Under the pieces are notes generated by a model. The model searched no databases. It saw nothing but the letters and a program-made list of their open reading frames with translations, and was not told the origin of the DNA. A stretch of DNA of 64,000 bases from Octopus vulgaris. Lineage: Eukaryota. Made by a program: the position numbers and the translations under genes. The DNA lies in assembly GCA_951406725.2 (NCBI GenBank), contig OX597822.1, positions 5,828,001-5,892,000 on the forward strand, written 5' to 3'. How positions within the stretch are numbered: position 1 is the stretch's first letter; each line of letters starts with the position of its first letter. This document shows, piece by piece, positions 27,046 through 39,882 of this stretch.

Positions 27046-27109
27046 CCATGCTGACGAGATTGCAGTTTATCCCTGCGGATATTAACAATCGAAACTGATC
27101 GGTACATGG
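27046..27109 (+). ncRNA. Type I hammerhead ribozyme
   Basis: CCATG-CTGACGA-GATTG...CAATC-GAAA-CTGATCGG-TA-CATGG. Stems I, II and III pair; GUA cleavage triplet, cut after 27104. Confidence 0.85.
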
Positions 27110-27493
27110 GTAATCATTTTTATTTCATATATTTTCATGTCTTGCTTATTTTTAATGCTTTGGTTTGTACTGAGTTTTTTATTTGAGAACATATTCTTTG
27201 TGGAAAATAGCGATTCGACGTCTATATCTAGCATGTTGACAGTCCACTTTTAGTGGTCAGTCCTTTAAATTTTGTATATATATATATGTAAATTTTTTTG
27301 TAGAAGATAAAAATTTCAGTTCACTTGTCAGTACTTTGCATCCACTGTAAGCACGATTTCGTTTTTTGGATGTAAAGTATTGACAACTGAAATTTTCATC
27401 TTCTACAAAAAATTTTTTATTATTCCTTAGCTCATAAACGAGCAAAAAACAGTTGTACTATACACGGAGTATTGTCTCCATTAAAAATTCTCT

Positions 27494-27559
<66 letters not shown>

Positions 27560-27568
27560 CACACACAC

Positions 27569-27790
27569 ACGAGGAGGTACTAAAAAGTTGCTGGGCTTAA
27601 GGGTGTCATGAAATGACTCGTTTGGGGCCAAAAATTCCTGAGTTCATTTACAGTGTTTAGAAAAACTGAAGGACTACTGCAATAAGTGTGTGAATCTGAG
27701 AGGGGAATATGTTGGATAAAATCGTATTTAACTGATCCTCCTGTATTTTCTTTTCCCCAAAGTCACGAACTTTTCAGCCCTCCCCTCTGT
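27569..27790 (+). mobile_element. mariner-derived MITE
   Basis: ACGAGGAGGTACTAAAAAGTT left end is roughly complementary to the AACTTTTCAGCCCTCCCCT right end. Confidence 0.6.
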
Positions 27791-28562
27791 ACACTGTACA
27801 CCTATCATTAGCAGTGTGTTCCCACCACAATATTTGGGGTTAAAGAAAACCTGTTGAACGTACTGATATTTTGTATCATTTATTTTTTTTATCTTTTACT
27901 TGTTTCCGTCATTAGACTGTGACCATGCTGGGGCACCACCTTGAAAAATTTTATCTGAAATTACTGAGCCCAATACTTACTATGTTTTTATAAAGCCTGG
28001 AATTTATTCTATCGGTCTCATTTGGCAAAGTGCTAAGTTACAGGGATGTAAATACACAGTTGTCAGTTGGGGGTAGGGGACAAACACAAACACAAAGACA
28101 CAGACAGGCACACATGCATGTGCACACACACTCACACACACACACACACATACACAAACATGATGGGCTTTCAGCTTTGGTTAGCCTGAGGCACTTGCCA
28201 AGGTGCCATGCAGTGGGACTGAATCTAGAACCATATAGTTGGGAAGTATGTGTATGTGTTCTTTATATTTTGTAGAGTGTGAATGGGAGAAATAGGATTG
28301 ATGCGGAACTCCAGATCAGTCTCAGTCAAGTTGCTTAATTGGTACACAGTCGGTTGGCTTAGCATTGGGGTAGCATTGTAGCCGTGTTTATGATTTAGGG
28401 GCTTTCACTGGTCATTTGACTCGCAATACCTTATATTTTATTGACTTACAATATATAATGACTCCTAATATCTCTAAGGTTATAGAGATAGCCATTAGCA
28501 ATAATATATTTCAATGCCTATCCCTTTCTCTCTCTCTTCCTCTTTATTGACCATCAGTTGCT

Positions 28563-28896
28563 GCTGAGACCCCCTTTGGTCATGACTGATTATGGGATTG
28601 TACCTAGAAAGCTACCTTCCCAGGCACAAGTCCGGGCAAGTTTGTTTATGGAAGACCAGCAGTCGCCCATGCATACCAGCCTCTCCTCTCCACACCACCA
28701 GTGTTATCCAAGGGAAAAGCAAAGGGGCCGATATTTCTTGGCACCTGTGACATCACAACTCATTTCTACAGCTGAGTGAACTGGAGCAACGAGAAATATA
28801 GTGTCTTGCTCAAGATCACGTGCAGCCTGGTCTGTGATTCGAACTCACAACCTCACGATCATAAGCTCGACACTCTAACCACTGAGCCATGCGCCA
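28563..28896 (-). mobile_element. SINE with family B head and alternative tail (copy at 51565-51901)
   Basis: Same tRNA head and TCTTGAGCAAGACACT block, different 3' half ending GGGGTCTC. Confidence 0.75.
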
Positions 28897-28999
28897 TCAG
28901 TATGGATTCCATAAAACCAAATTTGTTGGTAAATCTACTTTCCTTTGGCCCTCAGGTTGTGGGTTCTTGCCTTGAAGTAATTTGGGGAAAGAAATATCA

Positions 29000-29840
29000 G
29001 CATGCTTGACAAAGCTTTTGACTGTCTAGCATGCATACTTCCTATCTATAGATGTCAACCAGCTTTCATCTATTGGATCAGTAGCTTCCTCTCAGGTTGC
29101 CTCATTTGTAGACCTCTTTCTACCCATCATTCTATCAACTCTGACTTGCTTTCCAATTTTGTTTTTGTCTTACACTCTCTTCCTTCTCTTCATAACCAGA
29201 GAAGACAGATAACTTATTGGTCTAAAATCGGCCACATACAGACTCTTGCCTCTGGTCTTCAGGCACATTGTCTCCTCTCTCTGCCTTTTCTACTGCAAAT
29301 ATACTGGACTCTGCTTGTCATTTCAAAACTTCTCACCTTAGCTCATTTTACTTCCACTCTGACAGTCATACGTCATTCCTATGTCAATCTTATTTCTTTA
29401 AAAAGGACAAAAATACTCAAGAAAATATCTTTGCAGCATACACCACCTCATCATGAGCAGCACTCAGCTAGAGTGCTACTCCACTTGTTGGCTTGTAATC
29501 ACTGAAGATCTCAAAAGCATATCCTTAATCTACATAGGACTACATCTCAACAACCAGTCCTTTTCTTTAGGGTTGGGAGATACTTCAGCTCCTAATAATT
29601 ATTGGTATTCTACAAACCTCAGATGAAGCCCACAATAAAATATTGCTCTACCCACTACTCTTTCCTTCTCTCATCACTTTAGCTGTGTGCAACTCTACCA
29701 GCCTCTGCACTGATAACCTGATAACTACACCCAGTCCTTTTTTCCCTGACCATTAGCCCCCTGGAATTACCTCTCTGCTCATATTTTCCCTGCTAGTGTT
29801 CATTTACAGATATTCAAGAGGAACATTAATGGTATCAATG
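29000..29840 (+). mobile_element. Highly decayed CR1/jockey-group LINE RT fragment
   Basis: LDKAFD-like and ILFYKPQMKPTIKYCS-like remnants, with many stops. Confidence 0.4.
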
Positions 29841-31462
29841 TCACTGGTCCAGAAGGAACTGTGAAGGGTACAGGCATTGCCCTTTCTTCCAGACCCCACA
29901 AATAAAGAAATAAATAGCAGCCAATCTCCTTCGTATTTTACCCTACTGTCTTTAAGAATATACTGGATAACCAAAGCTCAGAAATACTACTTTTTACTAA
30001 AGGTACAAGGACTGAAATTTTGTGGGAGGGAACTAGTCATTTATATTAACTCCAGTGTTTCACTGCTACTTAATTTATTGACCCTGAAAAGATGACAGAT
30101 AAAGTGGACCTTCGTAGAATTTGAACTCAGAGCATAGTGACGGGTGAAATACCACTAAGCAGTTTGTGCAGTATGCTAACAATTCTGCCAGCTTGAAAAT
30201 ATCATAATATATATGAAAACAAAAGAGGTAGTCATGGCTGAAATGGCTGAAAAACACTGGCTGTTTGATCTTGTTGTTGTTGTTTAGTCCCAGATCCATC
30301 TGAATCAAGTAAACCTATGATCAGAGGTGTGGTCATCTCATCTTTTCCCAGTTTAAAAGGAACACATGATGCAAGTGTCCTTTTTTTGAGGGGGTGCAGT
30401 GTGATTAGAAGGAGATTTGACAGCTATTTCTTGCATCTCAAGCAACCACGTAGAGGCACTCACATTGGCATGATAATTTATTATCTCATGAATAATATTG
30501 GTAAGAGGAAGGACATTTTAATATTTTGAGACATTTCCTTCGTTAAATATGACAAACTTGATAGATAATTAGATAATCCTTTTTTATAGACCATAAACAT
30601 TTTGATTGATTTTTTCCAAATAGACACCCATTTAACTATGATACACCAAAATATATGTGTGTATGCATGTGAATGTGTATGCATGTGTATGTGTGTGTAT
30701 GTGTGAGTAAGTGTGTGTGTGTGTGTGTGTGTGTAGCATTTGCCAACAAATACCAACATGATAGAAGGATCAGCAATAGTTATTATCAAGGGATTAATTT
30801 GTCAAATAAATAATTAAATCGTTTATCTATTTCTCGTTAAATCAGTTTCAAACTTGAAAACATTTATTTCATGTATTTCACAAAGCAGTGATATAAATCC
30901 ATCCAGGATTATCTGTGTATTTATTTTTACTAGATGTTCGTTTTTTCCCCAATTTTAATGACAACTGTTCATTCGCATTTGTATATACTGGATGTAATTT
31001 AATATGAGTGAATCACATCTGGTCTACTAAATCATATGGGAACACTAAATACGGGATCTCTTTTCGCACGATTGTCTTCAGATGTAAAAGCTGACAGCTA
31101 TCAATGCTTGTTTTGTTCTTTTTATTTTCAAAGATATATTTACTGTTTGGCAAGTGACTTGATCTAAGATCAATCTCCTACTGAAACAGAAACAATTACA
31201 GTATAGAAGCATTATGTAAACCTTTTATAAAAACACAGTTATCATTACATAAGCTTTCTGCTTTATTTCTTAATGGTTAACCATAGATGCACTCATGGGT
31301 GTCTGGTTCAGAAGTTTGCTTCATGATCACAATATTGGGAGTTTGGTCCTGCTGCGTAGGTGCTGTCAGCTGGTATCCTGTGTAGCCATGGGATGGTGAT
31401 TTGACTAATAGTTTGCGAGTAAAAACCGGTAGATGGATAATGGATAAAGAAGCAGCCTGTTT

Positions 31463-31498
<36 letters not shown>

Positions 31499-31661
31499 TA
31501 AAAACGGTAAGATAACAAAAGAAAGAAAGAGACCTCAATATTATGTAAATAGAGGAAATTTATCTGTAACCGAAGTGATGGTGTTGTGGATTTCCACCTC
31601 GGCATCTGAAACTCAGAGTTTTATCTTGGCTACCAAATAATTGTCCCATATTATTTTACAG

Positions 31662-31696
<35 letters not shown>

Positions 31697-32053
31697 TACA
31701 TACATATACATGAGTGTGTGTGTGCTTTCTGAAACATGTACATATGAATATGAGGTGGTATCAAAAAGTACCAGGATTAGTTATGTTTAATAAAAAATAA
31801 CTTATTTACAAAATTTTTTTTGAAGGGCATCCAACCATAAAATCCCTGCCAAAACAGATACAATAGCCCAGGGTATTTTTTGTACTTGACTGGCTCTTGT
31901 CAATTACACTGTGCAACACTCAGAAAAGTACAAGAGATCTGTAGCCATTTTTATATGCAAAATGACATGGGAAATCCATTTCTGGCCTTCTTTTTGTTGA
32001 ATTAGGCATGGTTTCTACAGAATTGTCACTATATACTCTTTTTGTCATTATAC

Positions 32054-32285
32054 CTACTTCATTACTACCCACAAGGGGCTAAACACAGAGAGAACAAACA
32101 AGGACAGACGTAGGATTAAGTCGATTATATCGACCCCAGTGCGTAACTGCTACTTAATTTATTGACCCCGAAAGGATGAAAGGCAAAGTCGACCATGGCG
32201 GAATTTGAACTCAGAACATAACGGCAGACGAAATACGGCTACGCATTTCGCCCGGCATGCTAATGTTTCTGCCAGCTCACTGCCT
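32054..32285 (-). mobile_element. SINE family C inserted in the Chapaev3 5' region
   Basis: TSD TTTGTCATTATA on both sides. Confidence 0.85.
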
Positions 32286-32417
32286 TTGTCATTATATCGC
32301 ATTGTAAAATGGGTTTCAACCCAGGGCTGGAGACTAATCTTTGTAACACCTACAATGTGATTCAAAGCTTGTGTTTAATTTTATTTTTTATCTTTCAGAT
32401 GTTATTTGTTTTTAACA

Positions 32418-34080
32418 ATGAGTGCAAGACAGTGCAAAAATTATCCAAACAGATTCTTTTATATCTGTGGGGAATTGACTTTTGCTAAAGAAAAGCGCAG
32501 TGTTACACGCCTTGTCAAGAAAATATACAAGGCGTATTGCGATTGTTACTTAGGAGACCAGGATAAATCATGGGCTCCTCTTGTGTGTCACCTTACATGT
32601 GTGAAGGCATTGAGTGCCTGGTATGCAGGAAAAAACGTTCACATGAAGTTTTGTGTGCCAATGATTTGGTGTGAGCAGAAAGATCACTCTAATGATTGCT
32701 GTTTCTGTCACCATGACTTTACAGGCTGTACTACAGCAAAGAAAAAAAAGAAACATATTGTTTACCCAAATTTGCAATCAGCAATGCGCTCAGTAGAACA
32801 CTGAGAAAATTTACCTGTGCCCAAATCTCTAGATCAAGAAATGCAGAATTCCAGCAATGCTGATGGACATTCCAGTGGTGAATGTGTAGAGCCCAGTGAT
32901 CCAGAAAGCGAGAATAAACCAATGCCATTTTCTCAAGAGGCTCTAAATGACTTGTGTAGGGATCTCTATTTAACCAAAGAGAAAAGTGAGTTTCTGGCAT
33001 CAAGACTTCAAGAACGTAATCTTCTTGAGAAAGGAGTGAAGATAACACTGTACAGAAAAAGGAAAGAGGATCTGCTTGCATTATTCGCCATGAAGGATGA
33101 CTTATGCTTTTGTAATGACAACTGAACTTGTTGAGCAACTGGAAATACCATAGGATAAAACCAACTGGCAACTTTTCATAGATGCATCCAAGGACAGCAT
33201 CAAAGCTGTTCTGCTACACAATGGTAGCACTCTACCTTCTGTTCCCATAGCTTATACCACAACCATGAAAGAATCAGATGAAAATCTGAAAGCAATTCTA
33301 ACAAACATACAGTATGATGACCATACCTGGCATATTTGCACAGATTTTAAGGTTGTGGCCATTCTTACTGGCCTTCAGCTTGGCTATACTAAATTTTTTT
33401 GCTTCCTGTGCTTATGGAATTACAGAGCAAGAGCTGAACATTATGTATGCAAGGATTGGTCGATCTGAGATGAAATTGAGCAAGGAAAACACATCATGCA
33501 CAAACCCCCTGTGAAAAGTGATAGAATTTTTTTACCACCCTTACATATTAAACTTAGTTTATTTAAGCAATTTGTGAAAGCCTTGAACAAGGAATCCTCC
33601 GCATTTGCATATCTTGCAGAAAAGTTCCCTTTCCTGAATCAAGCTAAAATTAAAGAAGGTTCCTTCATAGGTCCCCAAATTCGAAAAATTGTACTTGCTG
33701 AAACCTTCATCACATGCCTCAAGAGAAAAGAGAAGCTTGTCTTTGAGTCATTGAAGAAAGTTTGCGATAACTTCCTGGGCAACCATCATTCAGAAGACTA
33801 TGTCCAAGTTGTGAATGATCAGCTGAGTCATTATCATGATATGGGATGTAACATGTCTCTCTGAAAGTTCATGTGCTTCACTCACATTTGGATGTTTTTG
33901 CGGAAAATCTTAGTGATGTGAGTAATGAACATGGTGAAAGATTCCATGAGGATATTTCAGTGATGGAGTGATGATTCAAAGGAAAATGGAATCCTGGCAT
34001 GCTGGCAGACTACTGCTGGGGTATAAAAAAACAGAAGATCACACTCCGCACAGGAGGCTTAGAAGGACAAATGCTGTTTA
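32418..34080 (+). pseudogene. Chapaev3 transposase pseudogene
   Basis: CKNYPNRFFYICG..LGDQDKSWAP..VPMIW..H..DC.FC; WQLFIDASK; LPPLHIKL; FLGN; GCNMSLKVH.LHSH; EHGERFH; MLADYCW. Stops and frameshifts present. Confidence 0.82.
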
Positions 34081-35362
34081 AACTGACAGGTGTGTTTTCA
34101 ATTCATAACCAATAAATTTTTTGTTTTGTTTTTTGTAACTTTCAGTATTTTCAATGTTGTGTTCAATACGCAATATTATGCAGGATATTATTAAACATAT
34201 GGTTCATGGTACAGGAAAACGGTGCCTAATCTGGAGATATAAAGGTCAGAATCAGAATCAGGGCAATTTTTTTGACCCAGAAACAAGTCTTACTTAACTT
34301 GTACTTTTTATGAACCTGAAATTTGTTGCACAGTGTTATGGCACCCATGGAATCAGTTCAGCTTCCAGGATTTGTAGCTCACACAGCCACTGATATATAG
34401 TATCGGGATACAACAGTGGCAACGAGGATACCTGCCACTATGTGATGGTGTTGTTATAACAACGGAAATGAGGTTGCGAATGCTTGTAGGAGTGTCAAAA
34501 TGGAAAACCTACATTCAAGAACGATGAAAGAAAGTTTGAAGGATTTGAACTCTAACACAGAAATTGAACTTCACTCAGTGGAAAGTAATATATACACTGT
34601 GAAAAATGTATAAAAAAGATTCTGAAGAAAAAAAAAAAAGAATACTAACACAGAATTGAACTACACATGGTGAAAAATTTATAAAAAGAGATTTTGAAAA
34701 AAAAAACTATGGTTCTGTGTGGAACAAAAAATCTTAATAATAATAAGTCTGTGCAAAGGATTTAATAATTCTGTGTGAAACAAAAAATAATTAGGGTTAG
34801 AAGGAAAAAAAGATGAAAAAGAATTAATGATACATTTAAAGCTAGAAGTCATGCTATGCTAGAAGATTTCAAACGTAAGTAGATAATATCTGTTGAAATT
34901 GAAAACGAACCAGTTGCTAAGAAAGTTAAGATGGACAAAGAAAACGTAAGCCATTTTGTGATTGAGGACACTAAACAAGTCCTCCTTGAAAAGACACCAG
35001 ATGAAATGTCGATGGACTAGTGAAGACCACACTGTAGAAAATTCTGAAATTAGAGAATCTGAGCCCTCTGTTACAGGAAACGGTCCTTCTGCTGAAAATG
35101 CTTCATAGAGGAATCGTTTTAATGTGAAAACTTTAAAAGATAATGAAAGTTTGCAGGCAACCAATCCAGTTTCTGCCGAGAAAAGTGTGATGGAAGGATA
35201 AGTCATGGAAAAGAAAAGTATATACATATAATAATGCTGTGTAATTTAAAAAAAAAAAAAAGTTTCTGTGTGGAATAAGAAAAAAAATCCAAATAAGAGA
35301 AAAATAATTCTGGTTAGAAGAAAAAGAAATGAAGAAAAAAAAATAATGTTGTGTTGAAAGAG

Positions 35363-35395
<33 letters not shown>

Positions 35396-35840
35396 TATGC
35401 TGTGAAGAAATAATAAATATAATTCTGTGTGGAACAAGGCAAAATAAGAGAAAATAAGTGTGTGTGAAGGATTTGTAGGAAAGTGAAATACAGCATCGAC
35501 TTGAAGAAATAGCAAAACTGGAACTTATTTGAATGAAAAATAATTCTGTGTAGAAGAAAAAGAAATGGAATATGAAAAAAAAAATCTCAAAGCGAGATTG
35601 GTGAGGAGTGGGCTGGTCCACTACTAATAAATAGTGGACTGACAGTCAGTAATGCTGTTTGGGCCAATACCGCAGAAATGACAAAATACATCATCATAAT
35701 GCAGGACATAACAATATATTATATATATATATGTGGAAATTGCAGTTAAGGTACTCATGCTGGTGACACATAAAAAGCATCGTCTGAATGTGGCAGATGC
35801 CAGCACCGCCTGACTGGCGTCCGTGTCGGTGACATGTAAA

Positions 35841-35965
35841 AGAGAGGTTAATTTCATCATTAAGAACATGGTGGTAGTATGTCCTTCTCCATCTGTAGAT
35901 AAAAAATCTACAGATGGAGAAGGACCTTCAACCACCATGTTCTTAATGATGAAATTAACCTCTCT
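35841..35965. repeat. Near-perfect palindrome (~60-bp arms)
   Basis: AGAGAGGTTAATTTCATCATTAAGAACATGGTGG ... CCACCATGTTCTTAATGATGAAATTAACCTCTCT. Confidence 0.9.
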
Positions 35966-36250
35966 GTCTATATATCTGCCCTCTTTGTAATGTTGGCAAA
36001 TGAAATAGGTATAAAAATGTGCATTGTCCGTTTAATTAAAAAATTCTATATGTGGCTGAAGATTGCTCGACATTTTAAAACTGATGTAATACTTACAGTG
36101 TTTAATAAAATGAAGTAGCATGAAACGATTGTACTACACTACCTTGGATATCCTTGTTGCTTATTTTGAGATATATATATATATATATATAGAAATATTA
36201 AAATTACTAAGTCTCTCTAAAAGAGAACAACGGCAGCGTTCCGGAAAATA

Positions 36251-36417
36251 ATAGTTATCGCCATACTAATATGGCATTCTTATAAAAATAAGAATAAAGC
36301 TGTCCGCTTATTATTTGTGTATCAAATAGCTAACTTAAGGCGATGGCCTCATGGAGCTAATAAGCGGACAGCTTTATTCTTATTTTTATAAGAATGCCAT
36401 ATTAGTATGGCGATAAC

Positions 36418-36420
<3 letters not shown>
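36251..36420. repeat. Inverted repeat (~63-bp arms) between TA tracts
   Basis: ATAGTTATCGCCATACTAATATGGC ... GCCATATTAGTATGGCGATAACTAT. Confidence 0.9.
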
Positions 36421-36476
<56 letters not shown>

Positions 36477-36639
36477 CACACACATGGTAGCCTCACACAC
36501 ATATACACACATTTATATGCACACACACACAAACACACACACACACAGATACACACACACAAGCCCACATAATTCTAAGTGGACCCACACATACATTCAC
36601 ATATGCTTGTGCACCCTAGTTCAGCCAGATCACTGTTAT

Positions 36640-37575
36640 TATCTCCCTTTCATTCAGCCTCTTTCTTCTGGTCATTTCATTAAGTCGGACCGTCTATGCA
36701 CGTTTTCTGCATCCAGGGCCCACATCTCACTACCATGGAATATAACCATTTGTACACAAGCATCATACAATTTGCCTTTCGCTCTGAGAGAGAATTCTTT
36801 TGTTTCTCATAAAGGTAATAGCTCTTTGAACTTCCTCCATCCCATTCTTATTCTAGCAACAATACTTTCAGAAGTATTCGATAATTCGATAACCTAGGTA
36901 ACAGAAATTATATAAAACTTCAAGGGAGCCTCCTGGGCATTTGAGAGAGTCTTATTCTTGTGTGTTCTTTGTGCTTATTATTCTTGTTCATCTGCCACAT
37001 ACAAAGACAACTTCTTTGTTAACCTATTTGTGATTCCACTGTACGTCTTATGTTTCAACAGCTTGCACTGGGTGCAACAAATAAATTTCTTCCAACACCT
37101 TTCCTACATATTGAACAGGGTATTTACTTGACAGAAAGAGAGTCTTATCTGCTCTCTTGCTAACAACAACTTTGGTTTTTGCAAGATTTACTTTAAGGCC
37201 CTTTGATTCCATACCTGGAATTTCTTCTCCAATTCCATTACAGACTCTGCTATACAAGCAAGGTCATCAGTATATAGTAGTTCCCATGGACAAGGAGTTT
37301 TAAATTCCTCTGTCATTGCCTGGAGGACTATGATGAATAAAAGGGAACTGAGAACTGATCCCCAGTCAACCCCTACTTGTGCACTACTTCATCACTGTAC
37401 TCAAGGCCAACTTTCACTCTGCTGTCAGTACTGTCATACATGGCTTGTACAGCTCTAACAAGCTACTCATCTACTCCTAACTTCCTTAGAGACCACCAGA
37501 TGACACAACAAGGGTCTCAGTCAAAAGCTTTCTCTAGGTCAATGAAAGCCAAGTACATTGGTTTGCTTTTAGCCA
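36640..37575 (-). mobile_element. RTE-clade LINE RT fragment, decayed
   Basis: YLAFIDLEKAFD, WWSLRKLGV, GSVLS.LLFIIVLQA, PWELLYTDDL, GLKVNLAKTKV. Confidence 0.8.
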
Positions 37576-38052
37576 TACATATATATTAGTTGTTATAAGG
37601 TGAGAGTGTTAAAGGAGTAGCAATTTTATATAATAGAAGATTATGTAACCTGCACACTACATGATGTGTTCTGTTTCCTTTATTTATAAAACCAAATATT
37701 GCTTTGTGTGTGTGTGTGTGTGAGTGCATGCATGTATGTATTTGCATGTATTTCTTGTGCATATGTGATTATGTAAGTGTAAAAAATCAATGTTTCCAAA
37801 GTAACTTGTTACAAAGTTTGTTAACTTCTCATCCCTGTTCTGTGAGATCAGTTCTACAACTCTGTGTTGAGGGTTTCTTCAAAGACCTTCAGTAATTTAT
37901 AGCAATAATTAATTATACATGCAAGATAAATTCTCTTTTGAATCAAACAGCAAATAGGAAAACTTGGTTGCAAGTAACATTGTAATGTTTCAGAATCCTG
38001 AGTCATCACAAACCCTAGGCTTCCTTACAGTTGTTCCTTTTCTTTTATGAGT

Positions 38053-38282
38053 TTAAACCCTTTAGTGTTCGCATTATTCTGCCAAAATTAATCCTTTTTT
38101 ATCCACTTTGTTTTGAACTAATCATGCATTATCTTGTAGCTGTGAGATTTTGATGAGGTAGCTGTTAATTTTTAAAACGACATTGTAGGGTTGGTGTGAG
38201 AGGCCAGATCTGGCCAGTTCGAACATAAAACAGGCAGAATACTTTTGGCCAGATATGGCCGGTTTAAATGCGAAAGGGTTAA
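38053..38282. mobile_element. piggyBac-type MITE
   Basis: TTAA(A)CCCTTT ... AAAGGGTTAA. Paralog of 2248-2476. Confidence 0.65.
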
Positions 38283-38352
38283 ACCCTGCTGGCTTTAACT
38301 ATGTTTCTTTTTGTTTTTATTTTATTGGTTCAATAGAAAATGGAGCAGTAAT

Positions 38353-38770
38353 ATACAGGAGTGGCTGTGTGGTAAGTAGCTTGCCTACCAACCACATGGT
38401 TCCGAGTTAAGTCCCACTGCGTGGCATCTTGGGCAAGTGTCTTCTGCTATAGCCTCGGGCCAACCAATGCCTTGTGAGTGGATTTGGTAGACGGAAACTG
38501 AAAGAAGCCTGTCGTATATATGTATATATATGTATGTATGTATGTGTATGTATATGTTTGTGTGTCTGTGTTTGTCCCTCTAGAATTGCTTGACAACCGA
38601 TGCTGGTGTGTTTACATCCCCGTCACTTAGCGGTTCGGCAATAGAGACCGATAGAATAAGTACTGGGCTTACAAAGAATAAGTCCCGGGGTCGATTTGCT
38701 CGACTAAAGGCGGTGCTCCAGCATGGCCGCAGTCAAATGACTGAAACAGGTAAAAGAGTAAAAAGAGTAG
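38353..38770 (+). mobile_element. SINE family A, full length
   Basis: Family match from head to TAAAAGAG tail. Confidence 0.85.
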
Positions 38771-39206
38771 GAGTTAATTCTATTGGCTACAAATCATTCT
38801 GTATAAAGTCTGGCTTCACGACCAGTTGGAAGGAGTCAATGTTGAAACTTTTCTCATGGATGTTAAAAATGGGGTAATTAATTAGCCAAGTAAACAGAGT
38901 AATTTGATTACTTATTTAGAAATTGTTATTATTTTTGTTGTTGTTATTGCCACTGCTTTCTTTTATCTTTTAGGGAGTAAGAAAGGCATAGGACAATGAG
39001 GATGGCAAAAAGGAGTGAGCGATTGAGATATGAACAATAGAGATGAGCTAAAGAATGCAATGTATGGAGAACCGCAGGGAACCAATAAAGATGCAGATAG
39101 AAGAATGTATGGCAAACAAAAGATAAGCAATAAATGCAAGGATGCAATGCATGGGGAACAGAAGCTTTGCTACGGAGGGGGGAGATGGTGAGGTGCATCC
39201 TTAAAG

Positions 39207-39522
39207 ACTCCGCCAGTTACGACGACGAGGGTCCCAGCTGATACGATCAACGGAACAGCTTGCTCGTGAAATTAACGTGCAAATGGCTGAGCACTCCACA
39301 GACACGTGTACCCTTAACGTAGTTCTCGGGGATAATCAGCGTGACACAGAGAGTGACAAGGCTGACCCTTTGAAATACAAGTACAACTCATTTTTGCCAG
39401 CTGAGTGGACTGGAGCAACGTGAAATAAAGTGTCTTGCTCAAGGACACAACGCGTCGCCGGGAATCGAACTCACAACCTTACGATCATGAGCCGAATGCC
39501 CTAACCACCAAGCCATGCGCCC
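39207..39522 (-). mobile_element. SINE family B
   Basis: Match to 471-788. Confidence 0.85.
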
Positions 39523-39659
39523 TCACGATGTGCATCTTACTAAAACTGGGATGTATGAAAGCAGTGTTTACATACGTGAAAGATGTCACCATTATGGTAT
39601 CAAACAGGAAATTATAGTGACTGAGGCTATTCTTGTGAAGTACTAGGAGGTATACGAGG

Positions 39660-39878
39660 GGGCGAGCTGGCAGAAACGTTAGCACACCGGGCGAAATGCG
39701 TAGCCGTATTTTATCTGCCATTACGTTCTGAGTTCAAATTCTGCCGAGGTCGACTTTGCCTTTCATCCTTCCGATGTTGATAAATTAAGGCACTGGGGTC
39801 GATGTAATCGACTTAATCCGTTTGTCTGTCCTTCTTTGTCCTCTCTGTGTTTAGCCCCTTGTGGGTAGTAAAGAAATA
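39660..39878 (+). mobile_element. SINE family C inserted at the left terminus of a mariner
   Basis: TSD AGGTATACGAGGGGG (39648-39662 / 39878-39892). Confidence 0.85.
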
Positions 39879-39882
39879 GGTA

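Larger units (their letters stand above)
31907..34335 (+). mobile_element. Complete Chapaev3-type (CMC) DNA transposon, inactivated
   Basis: TIR CACTGTGCAACA / TGTTGCACAGTG with a TTA duplication on both sides (31904-31906, 34336-34338) and an internal transposase. Confidence 0.82.

Noticed and set aside
31040-31085. CTGAAGA...GAAA on the minus strand (also near 62800)
   Set aside because: Stems I-III do not pair; chance core match.
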